Of a stretch of DNA of 42,134 nt, positions 9,659-17,936 are shown piece after piece (the first letter of the stretch is position 1; each line of letters begins with the position of its first letter). The stretch spans positions 1-42,134 of the forward strand of contig JBGQHJ010000024.1 in the NCBI GenBank assembly GCA_041497895.1, read 5' to 3'. Made by a program: the position numbers and the translations under genes. The stretch comes from Candidatus Methylomirabilia bacterium. GTDB lineage: Bacteria; Methylomirabilota; Methylomirabilia; Rokubacteriales; CSP1-6. Under the pieces are notes generated by a model that saw nothing but the letters and a program-made list of their open reading frames with translations, was not told the DNA's origin and did not search any database.

Positions 9659-9680
9659 GCGCCCGCGAGCGCCGCCCGCG

Positions 9681-10853
9681 CTACTTCTTCGCCGCGAACG
9701 AGGGCAGCGCGACCTTGCCGTCCTTCACCTGGACGATGAAGATGCTCGGCTGGGACTGGCCGCTCTCCTTGCCGGCCGGGCCGTCCTTCTCGAACTTGAT
9801 CGGCCCGTTGAGCCCCATCACGCTCACCTTCCAGAGCGCGGCCTGCACCGCCTTCGGCTCGGCCTTGCCCGCGATCCGGATCCCCTCCACCGCGGTGAGC
9901 ACCCCGTCGTGGCCCCGGAACCCCTCGGTCAGCCCCTCGAAGGGGTGGCCGCGCTTGGCCCATTCGTCCACGAAGGCCTTCGCGAGCTTGCCGTCCGGCA
10001 TCGCCTCGGGGAACCAGGGCAGGAAGAACAGGATGTGATACGTGCCCTCGGCGGCCGCGCCCGCCTGGTTGATGAGCTGGCTCGGCGAGGAGCTGCCGCC
10101 GGTGGTGATGACCTTGAGAGCCAGCCGCTGCTCCTGCGCCTGCTTGAGGACGAGCGTGATCTGCTCGACGCTGGTGGTCAGGAACAGGGTGTCGGGCGAG
10201 TCCGCCTTCACCTTGGTGATCTGGGCGTTCATGTCGGTCGCGGACTGGTCCATGAACTCCGCCGTCCCGACCGCGACGCCCGACTTCTTGAGGATGTCGC
10301 CGAACGCCCCCACCGCGCCGCGGCCCCAGTCGGTGTTGACCGCGAGGAAGTCGGCCCGCTTGATCCCGAAGTCCTTCAGGTACTTCTGGAGACCGAGGGC
10401 CTCCATCTCGCTGGGCGGGCTGATCCGGAAGATCCACGGGTTGCCGCGCTTGGTGATGGTGGACGCGCTCGAGGTCTCGACCACCATCGGCACGCCGTAC
10501 TCCTCGAGCTTGGGCATCGCGGCCAGGGTCATCGAGCTGCCCCAGGCGCCGACGATCACCGGCACCTTGTCCCGCACGATCAGCTTCTCGGCGGCGGTCG
10601 CGGCCTCCTTCGGGTCGGACTTGTTGTCCTCGATCAGCAGCTCGACCTTGCGGTTGAGCACGCCTCCCTTGGCGTTGATCCAGTCGCGCGCGATCTCCGC
10701 GCCCATCCGGACGTAGTTGCCGGAGGCGGCCACCGGGCCCGAGAGGGGCTGGATCACGCCGACCTTCACCGACTCCTGCGCCTGCACGGCCGGGGCGCCG
10801 AAGGCGAACACGATTGCCAGCGCAACGGAAAGGGCTCGGATTGCTCGCGTCAT
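9681..10853 (-). CDS. Liv-type (Peripla_BP_6) ABC substrate-binding protein
   Basis: Start reassigned to ATG 10853 (AGGAG RBS; signal peptide ending AVQA). Contains KVGVIQPLSGPVA, INAKGGVL and EDNKSDP. Confidence 0.9.
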   Translation of the reverse strand: MTRAIRALSVALAIVFAFGAPAVQAQESVKVGVIQPLSGPVAASGNYVRMGAEIARDWINAKGGVLNRKVELLIEDNKSDPKEAATAAEKLIVRDKVPVIVGAWGSSMTLAAMPKLEEYGVPMVVETSSASTITKRGNPWIFRISPPSEMEALGLQKYLKDFGIKRADFLAVNTDWGRGAVGAFGDILKKSGVAVGTAEFMDQSATDMNAQITKVKADSPDTLFLTTSVEQITLVLKQAQEQRLALKVITTGGSSSPSQLINQAGAAAEGTYHILFFLPWFPEAMPDGKLAKAFVDEWAKRGHPFEGLTEGFRGHDGVLTAVEGIRIAGKAEPKAVQAALWKVSVMGLNGPIKFEKDGPAGKESGQSQPSIFIVQVKDGKVALPSFAAKK

Positions 10854-10937
10854 GACCGATCTCCTCTGGCCCTGCACCTGTTTTGAGTTCGCGCCGCCAC
10901 GTTGCGGTGGTTTGGGGAATCGCGCACTTATCCTACA

Positions 10938-10996
10938 TTTCATGTCACGTGTCAAATGAAAACCCGATTGACAACGCCGGCGCGCGCGCCAAGAAT
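10938..10996. promoter_or_regulatory. Divergent promoter region with candidate GntR operator
   Basis: Plus strand: TTGACA (10968-10973)-N17-AAGAAT (10991-10996). Minus strand: TTGACA at 10955-10950 with no clear -10. Inverted repeat TTTCAT-N12-ATGAAA (10938-10961) covers the leftward -35. Confidence 0.65.
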
Positions 10997-11004
10997 ACGG
11001 CTCC

Positions 11005-11706
11005 ATGCCGCCCGCCAGATCCTCCGCCCCCCGCGCCGCCATCGCCCCGCTCCTGCACGAGAGTCTCGGCGAGCGAGTATACCGGACGGTGCGCGACCTG
11101 ATCCTGAGCCAGGTCTTCCCTCCCGGCTCCAAGCTCAACGTCGAGCAGATCTGCCGCGATCTCGGAGTGAGCCGCACGCCGGTATGGGACGCCATGCGCC
11201 GACTCGAGAGCGAGGGCCTGGTCAACACGGTGGCCCGCCACGGAGTGTTCGTGCTGAACTACGGCGCCGACCAGATCCGCGATCTCTTCGCGGTGCGCGG
11301 GGCGCTCGAGGCGCTCGCGGTCCGGCAGGCCGCCGAGCACCTCGACGCCGACGCGCGCGCGGGCCTCGAGGTCACCATGACCGAGATGGAGCGCTCCGCG
11401 GGCGCCGGCCTGATCGAGCAGTACTCGCGGGCCGCCATCGACTTCCACGACCGCATGCTGGCCGCGGCGCGGAACCAGGTGCTGAGTCGCCTCCTCGAGA
11501 ACGTCTACGCGCAGATCCTGGTCCTGCGCCTGCGATCGCTCTACCTGCCCGAGCGGGTCGAGTCGAGCGTGGCCGAGCACCGCGCCCTCTTCGAGGCGGT
11601 GCTGGCCGGCGACGGCGAGCGGGGCGAGCGGCTGGCCCGCGCCCACGCCGACCACGTGCTGCAGGACGCGCTCGAGTTCACGCGCCGCGCCGAGCAGAAC
11701 CGGTGA
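11005..11706 (+). CDS. GntR family transcriptional regulator (FadR/FCD type)
   Basis: wHTH (LGVSRTPVWDAMRRLESEGLV) and FCD domain (DFHDRM, EHRALFEA, ARAH). Confidence 0.93.
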   Translation: MPPARSSAPRAAIAPLLHESLGERVYRTVRDLILSQVFPPGSKLNVEQICRDLGVSRTPVWDAMRRLESEGLVNTVARHGVFVLNYGADQIRDLFAVRGALEALAVRQAAEHLDADARAGLEVTMTEMERSAGAGLIEQYSRAAIDFHDRMLAAARNQVLSRLLENVYAQILVLRLRSLYLPERVESSVAEHRALFEAVLAGDGERGERLARAHADHVLQDALEFTRRAEQNR

Positions 11707-11747
11707 CCGGCCGACTCGAGGGCAGCGCGGTGCTGGTCACCGGCTAG
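11703..11747 (+). pseudogene. 14-codon remnant of a short-chain dehydrogenase N-terminus
   Basis: GTG overlaps the gntR TGA. Encodes MTGRLEGSAVLVTG then TAG, matching the typical SDR start up to the TG of TGxxxGxG. Confidence 0.6.
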
Positions 11748-11761
11748 GCGAGGCGCGCCCC

Positions 11762-12778
11762 GTGCCCACCAGCGTCCCGGTGATCGACATCGCGCCCTTC
11801 GGCGCCGGCGAGGACGGCGCCCGGCCGATCGAGCGGGTCGCGGTGGTCCGCGCGATCGACGCGGCCTGCACCGATATCGGCTTCTTCACCATCGCCGGGC
11901 ACGGCGTCCCGGCCGCGCTGGTCGAGCGCATGCTCGAGACCTCGCGCGCCTTCTTCGACCTGCCGGCGGCCGAGAAGCAGCGGGTGGCCCGGCCGCGCCC
12001 GGAGCAGAGCCGCGGCTACATCGCGCTGGGCGCCGAGAACCTCTCCTACAGCCGCGGCGACGCCTCCACCACCGATCTCAAGGAGTTCTTCGCGATCGGC
12101 CCGGTCGACGTCCCCGACGAGGCCTACTACCGCCGGTCCGAGGCCTATCCGTCCTTCGCGCCGAACCTCTGGCCGGAGCGGCCCGCGGAGCTGCGGGGCG
12201 TGTGGACCGAGTACTACCGGGCGATGGAACAGCTGGCCGCGCGCCTCATGCGTTTCTTCGCGGTGGCCCTCGGCCTCCCGGAGACGTTCTTCCGCCACAA
12301 GACCGACCGGCACATCAGCGGCATCCGCGCCAACCACTACCCCGAGCAGGTCGAGCCGCCCGCCCCCGGTCAGATCCGCGCGGGGGCGCACACCGACTAC
12401 GGGGCGGTCACCATCCTGCTGCCCGAGAACGTGCCCGGGCTGCAGGTGCTGAACCGCCAGGGCGCCTGGGTCGACGTGGTCGCCCCGCCCGGCACCTTCG
12501 TCTGCAACATCGGCGACCTCATGCAGCACTGGACCAACAACCGCTGGATCTCGACCATGCACCGCGTGGTGAATCCTCCGCGCGCGACCACGGCCGGGAA
12601 CCGCCGGCTGTCGATCCCCTTCTTCCACCAGCCCAACTACGACGCGCTGATCGAGTGCCTGCCGACGTGCTGCGGCCCGGACAACCCGCCGCGCTACGAG
12701 CCGGTCGCCTCGGGCCAGCACCGGCTCACCAAGTTCCTGCGGGGCGTCGGCGCGGTCGCGCCGGGCCCGCGAGGCTGA
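11762..12778 (+). CDS. 2-oxoglutarate/Fe(II)-dependent dioxygenase, isopenicillin N synthase family
   Basis: DIOX_N-type N-terminus (VPVIDI, GFFTIAGHGVP), HxD...H triad (HTDYG, HRV), NIGDLMQHWTN and RxS (RLSIPFF). Confidence 0.93.
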   Translation: MPTSVPVIDIAPFGAGEDGARPIERVAVVRAIDAACTDIGFFTIAGHGVPAALVERMLETSRAFFDLPAAEKQRVARPRPEQSRGYIALGAENLSYSRGDASTTDLKEFFAIGPVDVPDEAYYRRSEAYPSFAPNLWPERPAELRGVWTEYYRAMEQLAARLMRFFAVALGLPETFFRHKTDRHISGIRANHYPEQVEPPAPGQIRAGAHTDYGAVTILLPENVPGLQVLNRQGAWVDVVAPPGTFVCNIGDLMQHWTNNRWISTMHRVVNPPRATTAGNRRLSIPFFHQPNYDALIECLPTCCGPDNPPRYEPVASGQHRLTKFLRGVGAVAPGPRG

Positions 12779-12782
12779 CACC

Positions 12783-13841
12783 ATGAGCGCAGAGACCACG
12801 CCCCAGTGGGATCGCTACGCGGCCGCGCTGCCGTCCATCGCCGCCGCGGTGGGCCGCACGCCGCTCGTGCGCCTGAACCGCATCACCCGCGACGTGAAGC
12901 CCGCCCTCTACGTGAAGGTCGAATGGTACGGGGCCACCGGCAGCCTCAAGGACCGCATCTACCTGCACATGTTCGAGCGCGCCCTCGCCCGCGGCGATCT
13001 CAAGCCGGGCGTGCAGGTGCTCGAGTGCTCGACCGGCAACGCGGGGATCGCCTGCGCCTGGGTCTCCGCGGTCAAGGGCTACCCCTGCACCATCGTGATG
13101 CCGGAGGGCATGAGCGAGGAGCGCAAGAAGATCATGCGCGCCTACGGGGCCGAGCTGGTCTTCACCCCGGGCGGCGAGAGCGACGTGGACCTCTCGCTCG
13201 AGCGTCTTCGCCAGATCCGCGACGCGGCGCCCGGTCGCTACTGGGTCCCCGGCCAGTTCGACAACCCCGACAACGTGGAGGCCCACGTCCTCACCACCGG
13301 CCCCGAGCTGTGGGCGCAGGCGGGCGGCCGTATCGGGGCCTTCGTGGACTCGCAGGGTTCGGGCGGCCTCCTCACCGGAGTGGGCCGCTACCTCCGCGGC
13401 CGAGACCCCGGCGTCAAGCTCTACGCGGTCGAGCCCGCCGAGTGCGCCCTTCTCTCGCGGCGGGCCTGGGGCCACCACGGCATCGAGGGCATCGGCGACG
13501 GATTCGTCCCCCGCAACCTGGACGTCTCGCTCCTCACCGGGGTGATCACCACCACCACCGAGGAGAGCGTCGACATCGCCCGCCGGCTCGCCCGCGAGGA
13601 GGGCATCTTCTGCGGCATCTCGAGCGGCTGCAACGTGGCCGCCGCGCTCAAGCTGGCCCGCCGCCACCCCGAGCTGCCGTCGGTGGTGACGATCATCAAC
13701 GACACCGGCCAGCGCTACTTCACCACCCCGCTCTGCGGCGAGGCGAAGCACGTCGACATCCCCGAGCGCGAGCACCCCCTCGACGCCTACACCGTCGAGC
13801 AGCTCGACCGCTACCAGAAGACCTGGGAGGTCCTCGCGTGA
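12783..13841 (+). CDS. PLP-dependent enzyme, cysteine synthase/cystathionine beta-synthase family (divergent)
   Basis: VGRTPLVRL, GSLKDR (PLP lysine), STGNAG, QFDNPDN, HGIEGIG and GISSG. Confidence 0.88.
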   Translation: MSAETTPQWDRYAAALPSIAAAVGRTPLVRLNRITRDVKPALYVKVEWYGATGSLKDRIYLHMFERALARGDLKPGVQVLECSTGNAGIACAWVSAVKGYPCTIVMPEGMSEERKKIMRAYGAELVFTPGGESDVDLSLERLRQIRDAAPGRYWVPGQFDNPDNVEAHVLTTGPELWAQAGGRIGAFVDSQGSGGLLTGVGRYLRGRDPGVKLYAVEPAECALLSRRAWGHHGIEGIGDGFVPRNLDVSLLTGVITTTTEESVDIARRLAREEGIFCGISSGCNVAAALKLARRHPELPSVVTIINDTGQRYFTTPLCGEAKHVDIPEREHPLDAYTVEQLDRYQKTWEVLA

Positions 13842-14800
13842 CCATCGCCCCGCGCGAGTACGACTTCGTCGCCGCGCGGCGGGTCCTCGAGGCCAAGCCC
13901 AAGTCGGCGGGCCCGAAGCTCGGCTCGCTCGAGGACGCGGTCGCGCTCGTGAAGGACGGCGATCACGTCGCGCTCGGCGGCTGCCTCTACTCGCGCACGC
14001 CCCTGGCCCTCGTGTGGGCCCTGCTGCGGCGGCGGCCGAAGGGCCTCACGCTCTCGCGCAATCTCATGTGCTACGAGGGCGAGTGGGGCATGGTGGCGGG
14101 CGCGGTCGACAAGCTCGTCACCTCGTGGATGGGGATCGGCCTGCCGTGGGGGCTCTCGCGCATCCAGCGCGAGTTCGTGGAGGCCGGGCGCGTCGAGTTC
14201 GAGGAGTGGAGCCACCTGGGCCTGGGGCTCCGCTACCGCGCCGCCGCCATGGGGGTGCCGTTCCTCCCCTCGCTCACCATGCTGGGCTCGGGGCTGATGG
14301 ACGTCGGCGGCTCGAAAACGGTTGCGTGCCCGTACACCGGGCAGACCCTCCACGCGGTACCCGCGCTGTTCCCCGACGTGGCCCTCATCCACGTGCAGAA
14401 GGCCGACCGGCTCGGCAACTGCCAGATCGACGGCTACCCGCACATGGACGCGGACATCGCGCGGGCCGCCGCCACCGTGCTGGTGACCGCGGAGGAGATC
14501 GTCTCGGAGGACGAGATCCGTCTGCACGGCGACCGCACCGTGATCCCCGGCTTCATGGTGGACGCGCTCGCGCACGTACCGTACGGGTCCTACCCGCACG
14601 AGTGCTACGGCACCTACGATTCCGAGCCCAAGCACTTCACGGCCTACGTCGACGGGATCCTGGCCCGGGGCACCGCCGCGGTGGCCGACTACCTGGAGCG
14701 CTACGTCTACGCCCCGCCGGCCCACGCCGACTACCTGGCCCTCTTCGGCGACGCGCGCCGGGTCGACGCGGCCGGCCGCGCGCGGATGCTCACCACGTGA
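13838..14800 (+). CDS. Family I CoA-transferase subunit A (GctA/CatI-like)
   Basis: GTG 13838 overlaps the previous stop. Contains LVKDGDHVALGG, RYRAAAMGVPFLP, CPYTG, PDVALIHVQKADRLGN and PYGSYP. Confidence 0.9.
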   Translation: MTIAPREYDFVAARRVLEAKPKSAGPKLGSLEDAVALVKDGDHVALGGCLYSRTPLALVWALLRRRPKGLTLSRNLMCYEGEWGMVAGAVDKLVTSWMGIGLPWGLSRIQREFVEAGRVEFEEWSHLGLGLRYRAAAMGVPFLPSLTMLGSGLMDVGGSKTVACPYTGQTLHAVPALFPDVALIHVQKADRLGNCQIDGYPHMDADIARAAATVLVTAEEIVSEDEIRLHGDRTVIPGFMVDALAHVPYGSYPHECYGTYDSEPKHFTAYVDGILARGTAAVADYLERYVYAPPAHADYLALFGDARRVDAAGRARMLTT

Positions 14801-15558
14801 GCGTCACCGCCAACGAGCTGCTCGCCGTGATGGGGGCGCGCGAGCTGCGCGACAACACCACCGTCTTCACCGGCGTCGGCGCCCCCATGATGGCCTCCGT
14901 GCTGGCCCAGCGCACCCACGCCCCGCGACTCACCATGATGGTCGAGGGCGGCGTCATCGGGCCCATGTGGAAGCCGGGGGAGCTGCCGATCTCCACCAAC
15001 GAGATGCGCGCCGCTTACCGGGCCCAGATGCTGCCCGGGATCACCGACGCGTTCCTGCTCGCCCAGCGCGGCTTCTTCGATGTGGGGTTCATCGGCGGCG
15101 CCCAGATCGACCGGCACGGCAACCTGAACACCAGCGCCATCGGCAGCTACGCCCGGCCCAAGGTGCGGCTGCCCGGCAGCGGCGGGGCGAACGACATCAT
15201 CTCCCTGTGCCGGGAAGTGATGATCCTCACCGTCCACGAGAAGCGCCGCTTCACCGAGCGCGTGGACTTCGTGACGAGCCCCGGCTACCTCGAGGGCGGC
15301 GACTCCCGTCGCGAGCACGGCCTGCTCTTCGGCGGCGTCTCCCGCGTCGTCACCACGCTCGGCCTCTTCGGCTTCCACCCGGAGAGCCGGCGCATGCAGC
15401 TCCTGGCCCTGCACCCGGGCGCGACGACCGAGCAGGTGCGCGAGAACACCGGCTTCGAGGTCCTGATCAGCCCCACCCTCACGACCACGCAACCGCCCAC
15501 CGAAGAAGAGCTCGCCATCCTGCGCATGCTCGACCCCAAACGCCAATTCATCGGATGA
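14797..15558 (+). CDS. Family I CoA-transferase subunit B (GctB/CatJ-like)
   Basis: GTG 14797 overlaps the subunit A stop. Contains VEGG (likely catalytic Glu), GGAQIDRHGNLN, RLPGSGGAND and VDFVTSPG. Confidence 0.9.
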   Translation: MSVTANELLAVMGARELRDNTTVFTGVGAPMMASVLAQRTHAPRLTMMVEGGVIGPMWKPGELPISTNEMRAAYRAQMLPGITDAFLLAQRGFFDVGFIGGAQIDRHGNLNTSAIGSYARPKVRLPGSGGANDIISLCREVMILTVHEKRRFTERVDFVTSPGYLEGGDSRREHGLLFGGVSRVVTTLGLFGFHPESRRMQLLALHPGATTEQVRENTGFEVLISPTLTTTQPPTEEELAILRMLDPKRQFIG

Positions 15559-15576
15559 AAACGGTTGCCCACGTCC

Positions 15577-15727
15577 AAACGGTTGTCCGCCGCTGGGGGA
15601 GTGCGGGGGCCCTCTCGAGGCCCCCGCAGCTGAAGAGCTGAGGAAGTAAACGGTTGTCCGCCGCTGGGGGAGTGCGGGGGCCATCTCGGGGCCCCCGCAG
15701 CTGAAGAGCTTACAGAGCTCTAAACGG
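15577..15727 (+). repeat. Two tandem 63-bp copies of the palindromic intergenic element
   Basis: 15577-15639 and 15648-15710 both read AAACGGTTGTCCGCCGCTGGGGGAGTGCGGGGGCC-N7-GGCCCCCGCAGCTGAAGAGCT. Partial AAACGG starts also occur near 15559 and at 15722. Confidence 0.95.
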
Positions 15728-15745
15728 CAAAACGGGGGTACACGC

Positions 15746-16681
15746 GTGACCGACTTCGGCCTGGCGATTCGCAACTTCGTGGGCCCTGGCGAGGTGCCGG
15801 ACATCCAGGGCCTCTACGCGTACTCGGAGCGCGCCGAGGCGCTGGGCTTCGAGTCGCTCTGGGCCTGGGACCACGTGCTGCTGGGCGTGGAGCCCTCCTT
15901 CCCCATCGTGGACTCCATCACGATGCTGGGCGCGGTGGCCGCGCGCACCCGCACGATCAAGCTCGGCACCGGGGTCCTGGTACTGCCGCTGCGGAACCCG
16001 GTGGTGGCGGCCAAGGCCCTCGGCAGCCTCGACGTCATCTCGGGCGGGCGCCTCGTCCTGGGCGTGGCGGCGGGCTGGTACGCCCGCGAGTTCGACGCGG
16101 TGGGCGTGCCGTTCAAGCAGCGGGGCCGCCAGTTCGAGCGCAACCTCGACATCCTCATGCGCCTGTGGACCGAGGAGCGGGTGACCCTCAAGGTCGACGA
16201 GTTCAACCTGCGCGAGGCGGTGATGGTGCCGCGCACCGCCCAGCGCCCGCGGCCGCCGATCCTGATCGGGGGCTACGTGGACGCGGTGCTCAAGCGCGCG
16301 GGCACGGTGGGCGACGGCTGGCTCACCTACTTCTACACGCCGGAGAGCTTCACGAAGTCCTGGGAGAAGGTGAAGACCTTCGCCCGCGAGGCGGGTCGCG
16401 ACCCGGCCCGGCTCACCGCCACCAACCAGCTCGCAGTGTACGTGGGCCGATCGCGGGAGGAGACCACCGCGGACATGCGGAAGTGGCTCTCCACCGAATG
16501 GGACACCGCGGCCTGGAGCGAGTCCACCATCGACCACGCCGTTCACGGCTCGGTGGCGGAGTGCATCGAGCAGCTGCGCGCCCACGTGCGGACGGGCGTG
16601 CATCGGATTATCCTCATCCCGTACCGCTATCAGCCCGAGCAGGTCGAGCGCATCGCCAAGGAGGTCTTGCCCAAGCTATGA
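15746..16681 (+). CDS. LLM class (luciferase-like) flavin- or F420-dependent oxidoreductase
   Basis: AEALGFESLWAWDH, LGTGVLVLPLRNP, SGGRLVLGVAAGW and PPILIGG. Confidence 0.9.
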   Translation: MTDFGLAIRNFVGPGEVPDIQGLYAYSERAEALGFESLWAWDHVLLGVEPSFPIVDSITMLGAVAARTRTIKLGTGVLVLPLRNPVVAAKALGSLDVISGGRLVLGVAAGWYAREFDAVGVPFKQRGRQFERNLDILMRLWTEERVTLKVDEFNLREAVMVPRTAQRPRPPILIGGYVDAVLKRAGTVGDGWLTYFYTPESFTKSWEKVKTFAREAGRDPARLTATNQLAVYVGRSREETTADMRKWLSTEWDTAAWSESTIDHAVHGSVAECIEQLRAHVRTGVHRIILIPYRYQPEQVERIAKEVLPKL

Positions 16682-17466
16682 GCCAGCCCGTCTACATCGA
16701 CATCAACTGCGACATGGGAGAGAGCTACGGCCGCTGGACCCTGGGGCACGACGAGGAGGTCATGCCCAACATCACCTCGGCCAACATCGCCTGCGGCTTC
16801 CACGGAGGCGACCCGCACGTGATGCGCCGCACCGTGCAGCTGGCCATCCAACACGGGGTTGCAGTGGGGGCCCATCCCGGCCTGCCGGACCTGATGGGCT
16901 TCGGGCGGCGCCGCATGGACGTCTCCCCCGCGGAGCTCCAGGACTACCACCGCTACCAGATCGGCGCCCTCTCCGCCTTCGCCCAGGCCGCCGGGACCCG
17001 CGTGCAGCACATGAAGCCGCACGGCATCCAGTACCACATGCTCGAGGAGAACCTGCCGCTCGCCCGCGCCACCGCGGAGCAGGTGCTCGAGCTGGATCCC
17101 GAGATGATCCTGATGACCATGGCCATGACAAAGTACGACGTCGAGGCCCGAAAGGTGAAGGGCCTGCGCATCGCAGCCGAGGGCTTCGCCGACCGGGTCT
17201 ACGCCGACGACGGCCAGCTGGTGACGCGCAAGCTCGGCAAGGACGCCCTGATCACCGACCCGGCACGGGCTGCCGAGCAGGCCGTGCGCATGGCCATGGA
17301 GGGCAAGGTGCGCACCATCACCGGCAAGGTGATCGACGCCCGTGTCGAGACCATCTGCATTCACGGCGATAGTCCGGGCTCGGACAAGATCGTGGCCGCG
17401 GTGCGCGAGGGTCTGGTGAAGGCGGGCGCGACCGTGAAGCCGTTGCGCGACTGGCTGCCGCGCTGA
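16678..17466 (+). CDS. pxpA: LamB/YcsF family protein (5-oxoprolinase subunit A-like)
   Basis: ATG 16678 overlaps the LLM stop. Contains IDINCDMGESYG, SANIACGFHGGDP, GAHPG, HMKPHG and TICIHGD. Confidence 0.88.
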   Translation: MSQPVYIDINCDMGESYGRWTLGHDEEVMPNITSANIACGFHGGDPHVMRRTVQLAIQHGVAVGAHPGLPDLMGFGRRRMDVSPAELQDYHRYQIGALSAFAQAAGTRVQHMKPHGIQYHMLEENLPLARATAEQVLELDPEMILMTMAMTKYDVEARKVKGLRIAAEGFADRVYADDGQLVTRKLGKDALITDPARAAEQAVRMAMEGKVRTITGKVIDARVETICIHGDSPGSDKIVAAVREGLVKAGATVKPLRDWLPR

Positions 17467-17623
17467 ACGGTCGGCAGGGCTAGGCGCAGAACCTGCGGGG
17501 TCGGACCGGGGCGTCCGAAATGGGTACACTGTCTGGCGCTCCTCGTCACCGGACATCGGAGCTCCGACCGACCCGTCTCACGTAACTCTCCGACACAACA
17601 GTCCTTTCCCCCCGTCCGAAAAC

Positions 17624-17638
17624 TGGCACCGAGTTTGC
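17624..17638 (+). promoter_or_regulatory. Sigma54 (-24/-12) promoter
   Basis: TGGCAC-CGAGT-TTGC with exact GG-N10-GC spacing, in a non-coding, lower-GC stretch upstream of small plus-strand ORFs. Confidence 0.7.
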
Positions 17639-17936
17639 CCTAGAGAGGCTCGGCACAAGCCATGGCGGACTACACGGACGGCAGGAACGTGAAGGGCACG
17701 AAGACGAGCGGCGCCCGGCCCGGCGAAATCAAGCCGAGCGCCGGCCCCCGCGGCCATCGTCTCGTGGGACTTCACGTGCCTCGCGGGGACTTCCGGCAGC
17801 GGCACGCCCTGGAGTCCCGACCGCACGAGCATCCCGGTCAGCTCGCGCGGGCTCATCGCCTCCCGCATCATCCGCGAGGTCACGGGCGATGAGTGCAACC
17901 GATCCGGCCGGAATCGCCACAGGGGAGGAACGGACC

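Noticed and set aside
11762..13841. Beta-lactam or other secondary-metabolite biosynthetic cluster
   Set aside because: IPNS-family membership alone is not diagnostic. There is no NRPS/PKS, carrier protein or exporter, and the importers and CoA transferase favour catabolism. A small-molecule biosynthetic role is not fully excluded.
15577..15727. Mini-CRISPR
   Set aside because: The repeats are 63 bp and the linkers only 8-11 nt, which does not fit CRISPR geometry.
17578..17898. Minus-strand 106-aa ORF as a gene
   Set aside because: It has no RBS or recognisable motif, and it runs across the plus-strand sigma54 promoter.
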